Source of the DNA: Escherichia coli O127:H6 str. E2348/69
Lineage (GTDB): Bacteria; Pseudomonadota; Gammaproteobacteria; Enterobacterales; Enterobacteriaceae
Direction: 5' to 3' (one strand)
NCBI RefSeq assembly: GCF_000026545.1
Contig: NC_011601.1
DNA: 64,000 nucleotides
A program made the translations under genes and the position numbers. Shown here piece by piece: positions 1 to 10,828 of the stretch. How positions within the stretch are numbered: position 1 is the stretch's first letter; every line of letters begins with the position of its first letter. Below the pieces are notes generated by a model. That model had not been told where the DNA came from, searched no databases, and saw only the letters and a program-made list of their open reading frames with translations.

Positions 1-1055
1 GCGCCAGTAAATGCGCCTTTAACATAACCGAACAGTTCGCTCTCCAGAAGCTGTTCCGGAATCGCGGCACAGTTGATAGCAATAAAAGGTTTATTCCGTC
101 TTCCGCTCAACTTATGGATTGCACGGGCGACGACTTCTTTACCCGTGCCGCTTTCACCAACCACCATAACGCTGGATGGGCTGGGTGCAATACGGCTAAT
201 GAGTCGTTTTAATTGCCGCATAACACGGCACTCGCCAACCAATTGTTCAATATGCGGTTCATCAGATGCATTTGCTACAGAAAAACTGGTATGCGATTGG
301 TGAAACGCCATTAAAAATAGTTGTCGGCCCTGGATGTTATGCAACTGACCAATGATTAATTCACTTTTATCATCCCACGAAACAATATGTTGCATATGAC
401 CATGGGTAAAATTACTCTCAAATGTTAATGGTCTGAAACGAACAGGTTTTCCAATAATATTATTTTGTACAACACCGAGTGTTTTTAAAGCTGTCTGATT
501 AACAAACTGAACCCGATTATCAGCATCAACCACTAACACGCCCTGATCCATATTATCGATCATGGTCGCGAATATTTTACTGATGTTATCTCCTGGTCCC
601 TGATCCTCCAGAAGTTTAGAAACAAAAATGGTGGATATATGGCGAACGTAATCGGAAAATTCGCGTAAATTATCACTGATATGTTCTTGTTGCTCGTGGG
701 TAACGGCAATCAAACTTATCACCCCAACACAACGTTCCTGTAAAATGACAGGCGTACCCAGAAATGCTTTTTCGCGGCAATTTTCTTTACTATCGCAACC
801 TTCACAAAGGGGATCGAAGCGAGACTGTGTCACAACTTTTTCAGTTTTCGTTTCCAGGACGTGGCGGAGCAGGCGTGAGTTGCCGCTCAACTGGCGGCCA
901 AGAAACTTCCCATACGCGCCCGTTCCGGCGACGCGACACAAGTTTTCATCAACGATCTCAACCTCAAGCTGCAAAACGCTGGCAAGCATTCTGGCAAAAC
1001 GCTGAATTGTCGGTTGAATTTGCATCAATACTGACTGCGTAGTCGCAAGCTCCAT
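1..1055 (-). CDS. ygeV: sigma-54-dependent transcriptional activator YgeV, N-terminal ~350 codons; 3' end lies beyond window start
   Basis: Minus-strand frame open to the window edge; translation from ATG near 1055 reads [17 protein letters not shown]+ Walker A segment [12 protein letters not shown] encoded near 140-175. Confidence 0.8.
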   Translation of the reverse strand, partial: MELATTQSVLMQIQPTIQRFARMLASVLQLEVEIVDENLCRVAGTGAYGKFLGRQLSGNSRLLRHVLETKTEKVVTQSRFDPLCEGCDSKENCREKAFLGTPVILQERCVGVISLIAVTHEQQEHISDNLREFSDYVRHISTIFVSKLLEDQGPGDNISKIFATMIDNMDQGVLVVDADNRVQFVNQTALKTLGVVQNNIIGKPVRFRPLTFESNFTHGHMQHIVSWDDKSELIIGQLHNIQGRQLFLMAFHQSHTSFSVANASDEPHIEQLVGECRVMRQLKRLISRIAPSPSSVMVVGESGTGKEVVARAIHKLSGRRNKPFIAINCAAIPEQLLESELFGYVKGAFTG

Positions 1056-1424
1056 AGCTTTACCTTCCAGACTTACTTAAAAGTCGATCATTGAAGACGT
1101 TGATGGTTCACAGATCATGATGATATTAACTCAGGCGAAATTGGCTTTGATAAAAACATAAGATTTTTATCACTTTCTAATAAAATTATGGAAGAGATAT
1201 CACATTTCTATATCAATATGAGAATTACAGCGGCAAGTTTATCAAACTGAAGAGAGATAGCCTGCCTCTTTATCTTATTTCTGATACTTAGCAGCAAATA
1301 AATAACGTGATAAAAAAAGCCAAACGTTTTCGTATTTTAAAAACAACCGGAAACTGGCATCAATATGTGATCAACCCCACACATTATCCGTCAAATTAGC
1401 CTTTCGCAGCCGCGTGGATAATTC

Positions 1425-1441
1425 TGGCACACTTATTGTTA
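1425..1441 (+). promoter_or_regulatory. candidate sigma-54 (-24/-12) promoter for ygeW: TGGCAC-N5-TTGT, imperfect -12
   Basis: TGGCAC hexamer about 90 bp upstream of ygeW ATG, adjacent divergent bEBP gene ygeV; -12 GC not conserved. Confidence 0.25.
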
Positions 1442-1530
1442 GTCCCAGGTATAGCTGTGAAAACACCAATCACTTTGGCACGTCACAGTGAAATAAACCA
1501 CTTTGCCTGTCATTCCACTATCGAGACTTT

Positions 1531-2721
1531 ATGATGAAAACTGTTAATGAGCTGATTAAGGATATCAATTCGCTGACCTCTCACCTGCATGAAAAAGATT
1601 TTTTGTTAACGTGGGAACAGACGCCAGACGAACTGAAACAAGTACTGGACGTTGCCGCCGCGTTAAAAGCACTGCGTGCTGAAAACATCTCAACCAAAGT
1701 CTTTAATAGTGGATTAGGTATTTCCGTATTCCGCGACAATTCCACCCGTACCCGCTTCTCTTATGCTTCCGCGCTTAACCTGCTCGGCCTTGCACAACAA
1801 GATCTTGACGAAGGTAAATCACAAATCGCTCACGGCGAAACCGTGCGTGAAACCGCCAATATGATCTCCTTCTGCGCTGACGCTATCGGTATTCGCGACG
1901 ATATGTATCTGGGCGCAGGCAACGCCTATATGCGTGAAGTTGGCGCGGCACTTGATGACGGCTACAAACAAGGGGTTCTGCCACAGCGTCCGGCTTTAGT
2001 GAACCTGCAATGCGATATTGACCACCCGACTCAATCAATGGCTGATCTGGCATGGTTACGTGAACACTTTGGTTCACTGGAAAACCTGAAAGGTAAAAAA
2101 ATCGCCATGACCTGGGCCTACTCCCCAAGCTATGGCAAACCGCTCTCTGTACCACAAGGCATCATCGGTCTGATGACCCGCTTCGGTATGGATGTCACCC
2201 TGGCCCATCCGGAAGGCTACGACCTGATCCCGGATGTCGTTGAAGTTGCTAAAAACAATGCTAAAGCCTCCGGTGGTAGCTTCCGTCAGGTCACCAGCAT
2301 GGAAGAAGCCTTCAAAGACGCAGACATCGTTTATCCGAAGTCATGGGCACCTTACAAAGTGATGGAAGAGCGTACTGAATTGCTGCGTGCGAACGATCAC
2401 GAAGGCTTAAAAGCACTGGAAAAACAGTGTCTGGCACAGAACGCGCAACACAAAGACTGGCATTGTACTGAAGAGATGATGGAACTGACCCGTGATGGCG
2501 AAGCCCTGTACATGCACTGCCTGCCAGCTGATATCAGCGGCGTATCCTGCAAAGAAGGTGAAGTGACTGAAGGCGTATTCGAAAAATACCGTATCGCTAC
2601 CTACAAAGAAGCCAGCTGGAAGCCTTATATCATCGCCGCGATGATCCTGTCCCGTAAATACGCCAAACCAGGTGCACTGCTCGAGCAACTGCTGAAAGAA
2701 GCGCAAGAACGCGTGAAATAA
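1531..2721 (+). CDS. ygeW: carbamoyltransferase YgeW (transcarbamylase-like)
   Basis: 396-aa ORF MMKTVNELIKDINS; ATG start; recognised family. Confidence 0.9.
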   Translation: MMKTVNELIKDINSLTSHLHEKDFLLTWEQTPDELKQVLDVAAALKALRAENISTKVFNSGLGISVFRDNSTRTRFSYASALNLLGLAQQDLDEGKSQIAHGETVRETANMISFCADAIGIRDDMYLGAGNAYMREVGAALDDGYKQGVLPQRPALVNLQCDIDHPTQSMADLAWLREHFGSLENLKGKKIAMTWAYSPSYGKPLSVPQGIIGLMTRFGMDVTLAHPEGYDLIPDVVEVAKNNAKASGGSFRQVTSMEEAFKDADIVYPKSWAPYKVMEERTELLRANDHEGLKALEKQCLAQNAQHKDWHCTEEMMELTRDGEALYMHCLPADISGVSCKEGEVTEGVFEKYRIATYKEASWKPYIIAAMILSRKYAKPGALLEQLLKEAQERVK

Positions 2722-2727
2722 CCCCTC

Positions 2728-2757
2728 GGGCCGATCAGCTGGTCGGCCCTCTATTTC
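2728..2757 (+). terminator. hairpin gggccga/tcggccc after ygeW, weak T tract
   Basis: Inverted repeat directly after ygeW stop. Confidence 0.35.
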
Positions 2758-2778
2758 CAGAGGCCAAAAGGATAGGAT

Positions 2779-3975
2779 ATGTCCGTTTTCTCATTGAAGA
2801 TTGATATCGCCGATAACAAATTTTTCAACGGCGAAACATCACCGCTTTTTTCGCAAAGCCAGGCAAAACTGGCACGCCAGTTCCACCAGAAAATTGCTGG
2901 TTATCACCCAACACCGCTTTGTGCGCTGGACGATCTCGCAAACCTGTTTGGTGTAAAGAAAATTCTCGTCAAAGACGAATCAAAACGATTCGGTCTGAAC
3001 GCCTTCAAAATGCTCGGCGGTGCGTACGCCATCGCTCAATTATTGTGTGAAAAATATCATCTTGATATCGAAACGCTGTCATTTGAGCACCTGAAAAATG
3101 CCATCGGCGAAAAAATGACTTTCGCGACTACCACCGACGGCAACCACGGGCGCGGTGTGGCATGGGCAGCACAGCAACTCGGACAGAATGCGGTGATTTA
3201 CATGCCGAAAGGTTCTGCTCAGGAACGCGTTGACGCCATTCTAAACCTCGGTGCCGAGTGCATCGTCACGGATATGAACTATGACGATACCGTTCGCCTG
3301 ACCATGCAACACGCGCAGCAGCACGGCTGGGAAGTGGTACAGGACACGGCATGGGAAGGCTACACCAAAATCCCAACCTGGATCATGCAAGGCTACGCAA
3401 CACTGGCGGATGAAGCCGTCGAGCAAATGCGTGAAATGGGCGTAACCCCGACACACGTTCTGCTGCAAGCCGGTGTCGGTGCAATGGCCGGTGGTGTGCT
3501 GGGTTATCTGGTCGACGTCTATAGCCCGCAAAATCTGCACAGCATTATTGTTGAACCTGACAAAGCTGACTGTATTTATCGCTCCGGCGTCAAAGGCGAC
3601 ATCGTCAACGTTGGCGGTGATATGGCCACCATCATGGCGGGCCTGGCCTGTGGCGAACCTAACCCGCTGGGCTGGGAAATCCTACGTAACTGCGCCACCC
3701 AATTCATCTCTTGCCAGGACAGCGTTGCCGCATTAGGTATGCGCGTGCTGGGTAATCCGTACGGTAACGACCCGCGCATCATCTCCGGTGAATCCGGCGC
3801 TGTCGGTTTGGGCGTTCTCGCAGCGGTTCATTATCACCCGCAACGTCAAAGCCTGATGGAAAAACTGGCGCTGAACAAAGATGCCGTGGTGCTGGTTATC
3901 AGCACTGAAGGCGACACCGACGTGAAGCACTACCGCGAAGTTGTCTGGGAAGGCAAACACGCTGTAGCACCTTAA
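2779..3975 (+). CDS. ygeX: PLP-dependent 2,3-diaminopropionate ammonia-lyase
   Basis: 398-aa ORF; fold type II PLP enzyme family; position after ygeW. Confidence 0.9.
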   Translation: MSVFSLKIDIADNKFFNGETSPLFSQSQAKLARQFHQKIAGYHPTPLCALDDLANLFGVKKILVKDESKRFGLNAFKMLGGAYAIAQLLCEKYHLDIETLSFEHLKNAIGEKMTFATTTDGNHGRGVAWAAQQLGQNAVIYMPKGSAQERVDAILNLGAECIVTDMNYDDTVRLTMQHAQQHGWEVVQDTAWEGYTKIPTWIMQGYATLADEAVEQMREMGVTPTHVLLQAGVGAMAGGVLGYLVDVYSPQNLHSIIVEPDKADCIYRSGVKGDIVNVGGDMATIMAGLACGEPNPLGWEILRNCATQFISCQDSVAALGMRVLGNPYGNDPRIISGESGAVGLGVLAAVHYHPQRQSLMEKLALNKDAVVLVISTEGDTDVKHYREVVWEGKHAVAP

Positions 3976-4032
3976 TCACCCTATTGGAACTGCTCCCTGC
4001 AAAACGGGGAGTAAAAAATCTGGAGAAAAATA

Positions 4033-5244
4033 ATGGCTAAGAATATTCCATTCAAACTGATTCTTGAAAAAGCAAAAGATTACCAGGCAGACATGACTCG
4101 CTTCCTGCGCGATATGGTTGCTATTCCCAGTGAAAGCTGCGACGAGAAACGCGTAGTACATCGTATTAAAGAAGAGATGGAAAAAGTCGGCTTCGATAAA
4201 GTTGAAATCGACCCAATGGGCAACGTTCTCGGTTATATCGGCCACGGCCCGCGTCTGGTGGCAATGGACGCTCATATCGATACAGTCGGCATTGGCAACA
4301 TCAAAAACTGGGACTTCGATCCGTATGAAGGCATGGAAACCGACGAGCTGATCGGTGGTCGTGGTACTTCCGACCAGGAAGGCGGCATGGCGTCTATGGT
4401 ATATGCCGGAAAAATCATTAAAGATCTCGGTCTGGAAGATGAATATACCCTGCTGGTCACCGGTACTGTGCAGGAAGAAGACTGCGACGGTCTGTGCTGG
4501 CAATACATTATTGAACAATCCGGCATTCGCCCGGAATTTGTGGTCAGTACCGAACCAACCGACTGCCAGGTATACCGTGGTCAACGCGGTCGTATGGAAA
4601 TTCGCATTGATGTTCAGGGTGTTAGCTGCCACGGTTCGGCACCAGAACGTGGTGATAACGCCATTTTCAAAATGGGTCCAATTCTTGGCGAATTACAGGA
4701 ACTGTCTCAACGTCTGGGCTATGACGAATTCCTCGGCAAAGGTACGCTGACTGTTTCTGAAATCTTCTTCACCTCCCCAAGTCGTTGCGCTGTAGCAGAC
4801 AGCTGCGCAGTTTCAATCGACCGTCGTCTGACCTGGGGCGAAACCTGGGAAGGCGCGCTGGACGAGATCCGCGCTCTACCTGCAGTACAGAAAGCTAACG
4901 CGGTTGTTTCTATGTACAACTACGACCGCCCGTCCTGGACTGGCCTGGTTTACCCAACCGAATGCTACTTCCCGACCTGGAAAGTGGAAGAAGATCACTT
5001 CACCGTTAAAGCACTGGTGAATGCTTATGAAGGGCTGTTTGGTAAAGCGCCTGTCGTTGATAAGTGGACCTTCTCGACTAATGGCGTATCCATCATGGGT
5101 CGCCACGGCATTCCGGTCATCGGTTTTGGCCCTGGTAAAGAACCGGAAGCGCACGCGCCAAACGAAAAAACCTGGAAATCTCACCTGGTAACCTGTGCCG
5201 CTATGTACGCTGCAATCCCATTAAGCTGGCTGGCAACCGAATAA
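4033..5244 (+). CDS. ygeY: M20-family peptidase / amidohydrolase YgeY
   Basis: 403-aa [41 protein letters not shown] tggag upstream. Confidence 0.9.
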
Positions 5245-5261
5245 TTACTCTTCACTTATTC

Positions 5262-5286
5262 CCCTCCGGTTCGCCGGAGGGTTTTT
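5262..5286 (+). terminator. rho-independent terminator-like hairpin (ccctccgg-ttcg-ccggaggg + TTTTT) immediately upstream of hyuA
   Basis: Perfect 8-bp stem, tetraloop, T5 run; overlaps hyuA RBS region. Confidence 0.55.
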
Positions 5287-5296
5287 GGAGTTTGCT

Positions 5297-6682
5297 ATGC
5301 GCGTATTGATAAAAAACGGCATTGTTGTTAATGCAGATGGACAGGCGAAGCAGGATTTGCTGATTGAAAGCGGGATTGTTCGCCAGTTGGGTACCGATAT
5401 TTCGCCGCAACTCCCTTGCGAAGAAATTGATGCCTCTGGCTGTTACGTTTTCCCTGGCGGCGTGGATGTCCATACGCATTTCAATATTGATGTCGGCATC
5501 GCGCGCAGTTGTGATGATTTTTTTACCGGTACCCGCGCTGCTGCGTGTGGCGGTACAACAACCATTATTGACCATATGGGATTTGGCCCAAATGGCTGCC
5601 GGTTACGCCATCAACTGGAAGTTTATCGCGGTTATGCCGCCCACAAAGCAGTCATCGACTACAGCTTTCACGGTGTCATTCAACATATTAATCACGCTAT
5701 CCTCGACGAAATTCCGATGATGGTTGAGGAAGGACTGAGCAGTTTTAAACTCTATTTAACCTATCAATATAAACTCAACGATGATGAAGTGTTGCAGGCA
5801 TTACGCCGCTTGCATGAGTCCGGCGCGCTGACCACCGTACACCCGGAAAATGACGCAGCTATCGCCAGCAAGCGGGCGGAGTTTATCGCCGCAGGGTTAA
5901 CCGCGCCGCGTTATCATGCCTTGAGTCGACCTCTGGAATGCGAAGCGGAAGCCATCGCCCGCATGATTAACCTGGCACAAATTGCCGGTAACGCCCCGCT
6001 CTATATCGTGCACCTGTCTAACGGCTTAGGTCTGGATTATCTGCGTCTTGCCCGTGCGAATCACCAGCCAGTCTGGGTTGAAACCTGCCCACAATATCTC
6101 CTGTTGGACGAACGCAGTTACGATACAGAAGATGGCATGAAGTTCATTCTTAGCCCACCGCTGCGTAACGTACGCGAGCAGGACAAACTGTGGTGTGGCA
6201 TCAGCGATGGTGCGATTGACGTGGTGGCAACCGATCACTGCACCTTCTCGATGGCTCAACGCCTTCAAATTTCTAAAGGCGATTTCAGCCGCTGCCCAAA
6301 TGGCTTACCCGGTGTGGAGAACCGCATGCAACTGCTGTTCTCCAGTGGCGTGATGACGGGACGTATCTCACCGGAGCGTTTTGTTGAGTTAACCAGTGCA
6401 ATGCCCGCCAGGCTGTTTGGCCTGTGGCCACAAAAAGGATTATTAGCGCCCGGTTCCGATGGCGACGTGGTGATTATAGACCCACGTCAGAGCCAACAAA
6501 TTCAGCATCGCCATCTCCACGACAACGCTGACTACTCGCCATGGGAGGGTTTTACCTGTCAGGGCGCGATTGTCAGAACCTTATCCCGTGGTGAAATGAT
6601 TTTCTGCGACGGCACCTTTACAGGCAAAGCCGGGCGAGGTCGTTTCCTGCGACGCAAACCGTTTGTCCCTCCCGTGCTCTAA
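5297..6682 (+). CDS. hyuA: D-phenylhydantoinase / dihydropyrimidinase-like amidohydrolase
   Basis: ORF-track start at 5285 is a TTG; first ATG at 5297 preceded by ggag gives 461 aa MRVLIKNGIVVNADG; metal-binding DVHTH motif. Confidence 0.88.
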   Translation: MRVLIKNGIVVNADGQAKQDLLIESGIVRQLGTDISPQLPCEEIDASGCYVFPGGVDVHTHFNIDVGIARSCDDFFTGTRAAACGGTTTIIDHMGFGPNGCRLRHQLEVYRGYAAHKAVIDYSFHGVIQHINHAILDEIPMMVEEGLSSFKLYLTYQYKLNDDEVLQALRRLHESGALTTVHPENDAAIASKRAEFIAAGLTAPRYHALSRPLECEAEAIARMINLAQIAGNAPLYIVHLSNGLGLDYLRLARANHQPVWVETCPQYLLLDERSYDTEDGMKFILSPPLRNVREQDKLWCGISDGAIDVVATDHCTFSMAQRLQISKGDFSRCPNGLPGVENRMQLLFSSGVMTGRISPERFVELTSAMPARLFGLWPQKGLLAPGSDGDVVIIDPRQSQQIQHRHLHDNADYSPWEGFTCQGAIVRTLSRGEMIFCDGTFTGKAGRGRFLRRKPFVPPVL

Positions 6683-6729
6683 CCACTGCCAGGGATCTAT
6701 ACACAATCAAGAATGATGAGTGAGGAAAA

Positions 6730-7662
6730 ATGAGTAAGAAAATTGTTCTCGCCCTGGGCGGGAATGCGCTGGGCGATGACCTGGCTGGGCAAATGAAAGC
6801 GGTAAAAATTACTTCTCAGGCACTTGTTGATTTAATTGCCCAGGGACATGAGGTCATCGTCACTCATGGCAACGGGCCACAGGTGGGCATGATTAACCAG
6901 GCCTTTGAAGCTGCCGCAAAAACTGAAGCGCATTCGCCAATGCTGCCGATGTCTGTTTGTGTTGCCTTAAGCCAGGGTTATATTGGTTACGATCTACAAA
7001 ACGCCTTAAGAGAAGAACTGCTTTCTCGTGGCATTAATAAACCTGTAGCAACGCTGGTTACCCAGGTCGAAGTCGATGCTAACGATCCGGCATTCCTCAA
7101 CCCGACCAAGCCGATCGGTTCGTTCTTTACCGAGCAAGAAGCAGAGCTACTGACAAAACAGGGTTACACTCTGAAAGAAGATGCGGGTCGCGGCTATCGT
7201 CGTGTCGTTGCTTCGCCAAAACCAGTTGATATCATTGAAAAAGAAACGGTTAAAGCTCTGGTAGATGCCGGACAGGTGGTGATCACCGTTGGCGGTGGTG
7301 GTATCCCTGTTATTCGTGAAGGTAACCATCTGCGTGGTGCCAGCGCGGTTATCGATAAAGACTGGGCCAGTGCCCGTTTAGCAGAAATGATCGATGCCGA
7401 TATGCTGATCATTCTGACTGCGGTAGAAAAAGTGGCCATTAACTTCGGAAAAGAGAATGAACAGTGGCTCGATCGCCTGTCATTAAGTGATGCTGAACGC
7501 TTTATCGAAGAAGGTCATTTTGCGAAAGGTTCTATGCTGCCTAAAGTGGAAGCTGCCGCCTCGTTTGCTCGCTCTCGCGCAGGTCGTGAAGCACTGATTA
7601 CCGTATTGAGCAAAGCGAAAGAAGGGATTGAAGGCAAAACCGGAACGGTGATTTGTCAGTAA
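6730..7662 (+). CDS. yqeA: carbamate kinase-like protein YqeA
   Basis: 310-aa ORF MSKKIVLALGGNALG; amino-acid kinase fold. Confidence 0.9.
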   Translation: MSKKIVLALGGNALGDDLAGQMKAVKITSQALVDLIAQGHEVIVTHGNGPQVGMINQAFEAAAKTEAHSPMLPMSVCVALSQGYIGYDLQNALREELLSRGINKPVATLVTQVEVDANDPAFLNPTKPIGSFFTEQEAELLTKQGYTLKEDAGRGYRRVVASPKPVDIIEKETVKALVDAGQVVITVGGGGIPVIREGNHLRGASAVIDKDWASARLAEMIDADMLIILTAVEKVAINFGKENEQWLDRLSLSDAERFIEEGHFAKGSMLPKVEAAASFARSRAGREALITVLSKAKEGIEGKTGTVICQ

Positions 7663-7668
7663 TTTAAA

Positions 7669-7700
7669 GGCCGGATGGGTAATACCATCCGGCCATTTTC
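7669..7700. terminator. bidirectional terminator hairpin between convergent yqeA and yqeB
   Basis: ggccggatgg-gtaata-ccatccggcc inverted repeat flanked by A/T runs. Confidence 0.55.
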
Positions 7701-7702
7701 AT

Positions 7703-9328
7703 TTAAGCCACTTCCAGCACTTCTTTTGTCGCTTTAACGCCCTGATGCATCAACATCATTAACGCCTCAAGTACGCCGCCGCCAATCGCCCGGGCTTTAT
7801 CAGAAACGCTGGTGAAATCAGCCGTTTCACCACGAGGATCGATATCACCAATTTTAAAACCACCGACCACGGCCAGTCCGTCGTTCAACAAGCCACGCAC
7901 CATCCCCGTCAACGGTGCTTTAATTTCATGCTCACCAATCCAGGCAATGACATCGCCCTCTTTCACCAGATCGCCTAATTTCACGTTGGATCGCATAATG
8001 CCTGCAGCAGGAGCGCGGATCACTCGTCGGGTGGTATGCCCCATAATATTGCCGGGAACACCGGTATTCTCCTGCGCACAACCTGAGTAAATCACCTGAC
8101 CGAGCCAGTGCCCGCGATTTGTTTCAATTACCGCATGACAATCCTTCCCTGCAGTAAAGCCCGGCCCAAGCGCGATTGTTACTGGTGCCATATCTGCCCG
8201 CGTTCCCAAATTCTGTTTCGCCAGAATAGCGTCCACCACGCAAAGCGGTTTCAGTTCATCAAGCAATGAACAGGTGGGATCTACCATCACAGGGATAAAT
8301 CCGCGTTCGGTAAGTTTCATCGCTTCCGCAGAGCTGGTTGCCAGGCGGGCGGTGACGCCTTCGACCGTCATTTCGCCATCGAACACGGCCTGGGCAAACG
8401 CCACGGTACAACGAATCACTGTCGGTTTTTCCACTTCCAACATGATCACTTTAAAACCCGCATGATACAGACGTAGCGCTACACCACTGGCGATATCCCC
8501 CGCACCGCGAATCACCACCAGCTGGTGTCCGGAAGGATGAGAAGGCTTCATCATCAGCCCACCCGGCGCGTTATTTTTCACCTGTAATATTTCTGCCAGC
8601 ACGCTGATGGCGATCTCCTGCGGCGTTTCCGCACCTATGTTGTAACCAACGGGCGCATGTAAACGGGCAATATGTTCTTCAGCCACGCCTTTCTCACGCA
8701 ATTGGTGCAGGAAAAGCTGAACCTTGCGGCGACTTGCCAGCAACCCCAGCCATGCAATGGGTTGTTCAATGAGTTTGTCGAGGGCTTCACGATCCTGATT
8801 ATTCGTGGCAATCAGGACAAAATTATCAGGGCGAATATCCAGTGCTTCCACTGCCGCACCAAACGACTCAGCATGGAGAAGCGTGGTTGATGGTGGGAAT
8901 AGTTCAGGATTGAGGCTTTCGCGATAAATATCGGCAACGGCGATATCAAATCCTAATAGCGCCGCACTCTGGGCTATCGCCCGGTTGACATGCCCCGCAC
9001 CAATCAACACCAGACGTGGACGCATACCATGGACGCTGATAAATACTGACATTGCACCTCCACAATCTGACCCGACAGCATCCGCACCGTTACGAGCCAT
9101 ACGTCCATGGAATAATCGCGGCTTACGTTCCTGCAATGCCTGAAGCGACTCTTCAATCACCTTCCGCTCAACCATTCCGCCACCAATTGTACCGACGATA
9201 GAACCATCGGCGCGCACTAACATTTGTGCAGAATGGCGGGGGGTTGAGCCTCGGCTATCAACAATTTGCGCCATCGCAAACGGACAATTTTGCTCTTCGA
9301 GTTTTGCAGCCTCTGTGAAAATATTCAT
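7703..9328 (-). CDS. yqeB: XdhC/CoxI-family accessory protein YqeB (selenium-dependent molybdenum hydroxylase maturation marker)
   Basis: 541-aa ORF; Rossmann-like GAGHV motif; conserved neighbourhood with yqeC/ygfJ/ygfK. Confidence 0.88.
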   Translation of the reverse strand: MNIFTEAAKLEEQNCPFAMAQIVDSRGSTPRHSAQMLVRADGSIVGTIGGGMVERKVIEESLQALQERKPRLFHGRMARNGADAVGSDCGGAMSVFISVHGMRPRLVLIGAGHVNRAIAQSAALLGFDIAVADIYRESLNPELFPPSTTLLHAESFGAAVEALDIRPDNFVLIATNNQDREALDKLIEQPIAWLGLLASRRKVQLFLHQLREKGVAEEHIARLHAPVGYNIGAETPQEIAISVLAEILQVKNNAPGGLMMKPSHPSGHQLVVIRGAGDIASGVALRLYHAGFKVIMLEVEKPTVIRCTVAFAQAVFDGEMTVEGVTARLATSSAEAMKLTERGFIPVMVDPTCSLLDELKPLCVVDAILAKQNLGTRADMAPVTIALGPGFTAGKDCHAVIETNRGHWLGQVIYSGCAQENTGVPGNIMGHTTRRVIRAPAAGIMRSNVKLGDLVKEGDVIAWIGEHEIKAPLTGMVRGLLNDGLAVVGGFKIGDIDPRGETADFTSVSDKARAIGGGVLEALMMLMHQGVKATKEVLEVA

Positions 9329-9375
9329 ACCAACCTCAATGGATATCCTTTCAGTAACCCGGAATACCCGGGCCG

Positions 9376-10146
9376 CTAATTCACAAATCTGCGCGCGATT
9401 GCAGGATGTTCTTGTATATCGCCCAGCCAGATTGCCTCTACGTTGTGTTGTTGCAGCGGTTGAAGGAGCTCGCTTTGCGCAATCGCATTCTCACATTGAG
9501 AAAAACGGTTAATGAACCAGACTCGCCGACAACCTTGCGGTACGTTTTTAAACGCCCCCTGAGGGTGGCGAACCAGCGCAACGAGATCGCTCAGTTGCAA
9601 GGGTGCATCAGGTGTTAACCCAGTAATATCAGCAAACTGCGACCAGCGATGGACATTTTCTGTGCTCACTTTCGCACCCAAAATATGTCCTCCCATCACA
9701 GCAATCACGCAGCAACTGCTTTTAGGTATGCAAGGTTCGTGCTCATCAGGCGCTTTTAACGGCATTCCACGCGAGCCATCTGCCTCAATGAGAATTACGT
9801 CACACTCTGGTCGTTGTACCAGTGCATCAATCGCTTCTGGCGTAAATCCCTGCACTTTTCCCTGGTTCGCTTTCCAGCAGTGAAAACAAAATGAAATGGG
9901 GGATATAAAAGACGCATGAGGAAGCATGGCGGGATCACGACAGAAAACCACGGGCCAGTGAGATGTTGGCATAAACATATGTGTCGTCGTAGTGATTAAT
10001 ACACGCCTGCCACTCGCCTGGAACAGTTCTGCCAGCCAAAAAAGCAAGCTGGTTTTCCCCCCAGCACCAACAATAGAAATCACAGTGGGACGTTTCTGCG
10101 CGCCTAAATCAATGAATAATGCCGATGGGTCAATTATACTTTTCAC
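9376..10146 (-). CDS. yqeC: putative selenium cofactor biosynthesis protein YqeC
   Basis: 256-aa ORF with P-loop GAGGKTS. Confidence 0.85.
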   Translation of the reverse strand: MKSIIDPSALFIDLGAQKRPTVISIVGAGGKTSLLFWLAELFQASGRRVLITTTTHMFMPTSHWPVVFCRDPAMLPHASFISPISFCFHCWKANQGKVQGFTPEAIDALVQRPECDVILIEADGSRGMPLKAPDEHEPCIPKSSCCVIAVMGGHILGAKVSTENVHRWSQFADITGLTPDAPLQLSDLVALVRHPQGAFKNVPQGCRRVWFINRFSQCENAIAQSELLQPLQQHNVEAIWLGDIQEHPAIARRFVN

Positions 10147-10249
10147 GCGTCTTTATGGACCTCTCTGGGATAAATTACCCTCAACGTAATCCATCAGGAA
10201 GTAACGCAATTATCAGGCGTTATTAGCTCCTGTAAATAATGGAATCACT

Positions 10250-10828
10250 ATGTCAGCCATCGACTGTATAATTACCGCCGCAGGATTATCATCAAGAATG
10301 GGGCAATGGAAAATGATGTTACCCTGGCAACAGGGAACAATTCTTGATACAAGTATCAAAAATGCGTTGCAGTTTTGTAGCCGAATTATTTTAGTCACCG
10401 GCTATCGTGGTAATGAACTGCACGAACGTTATGCGAACCAGAGCAATATCACTATTATCCACAACCCAGATTATGCGCAGGGTTTACTGACATCAGTAAA
10501 GGCCGCAGTACCCGCGGTGCAAACAGAACATTGTTTTCTCACCCACGGAGATATGCCAACCCTCACCATCGATATTTTTAGAAAAATCTGGTCGTTACGA
10601 AATGATGGCGCAATACTGCCACTCCATAATGGCATCCCCGGCCATCCGATTTTAGTGTCAAAACCATGCCTGATGCAGGCAATCCAGCGACCCAATGTCA
10701 CCAATATGCGTCAGGCACTCCTTATGGGAGAACATTATTCCGTCGAAATAGAAAATGCAGAAATAATTTTAGATATTGATACTCCTGACGACTTTATTAC
10801 AGCGAAGAAAAGGTATACTGAAATTTAG
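10250..10828 (+). CDS. mocA: molybdenum cofactor cytidylyltransferase
   Basis: 192-aa ORF MSAIDCIITAAGLSSRMG; MobA-like nucleotidyltransferase. Confidence 0.88.
   Translation: MSAIDCIITAAGLSSRMGQWKMMLPWQQGTILDTSIKNALQFCSRIILVTGYRGNELHERYANQSNITIIHNPDYAQGLLTSVKAAVPAVQTEHCFLTHGDMPTLTIDIFRKIWSLRNDGAILPLHNGIPGHPILVSKPCLMQAIQRPNVTNMRQALLMGEHYSVEIENAEIILDIDTPDDFITAKKRYTEI

Noticed and set aside
3976-4632. 218-aa minus-strand ORF overlapping ygeY
   Set aside because: Antisense to ygeY; no motifs; non-ATG start.
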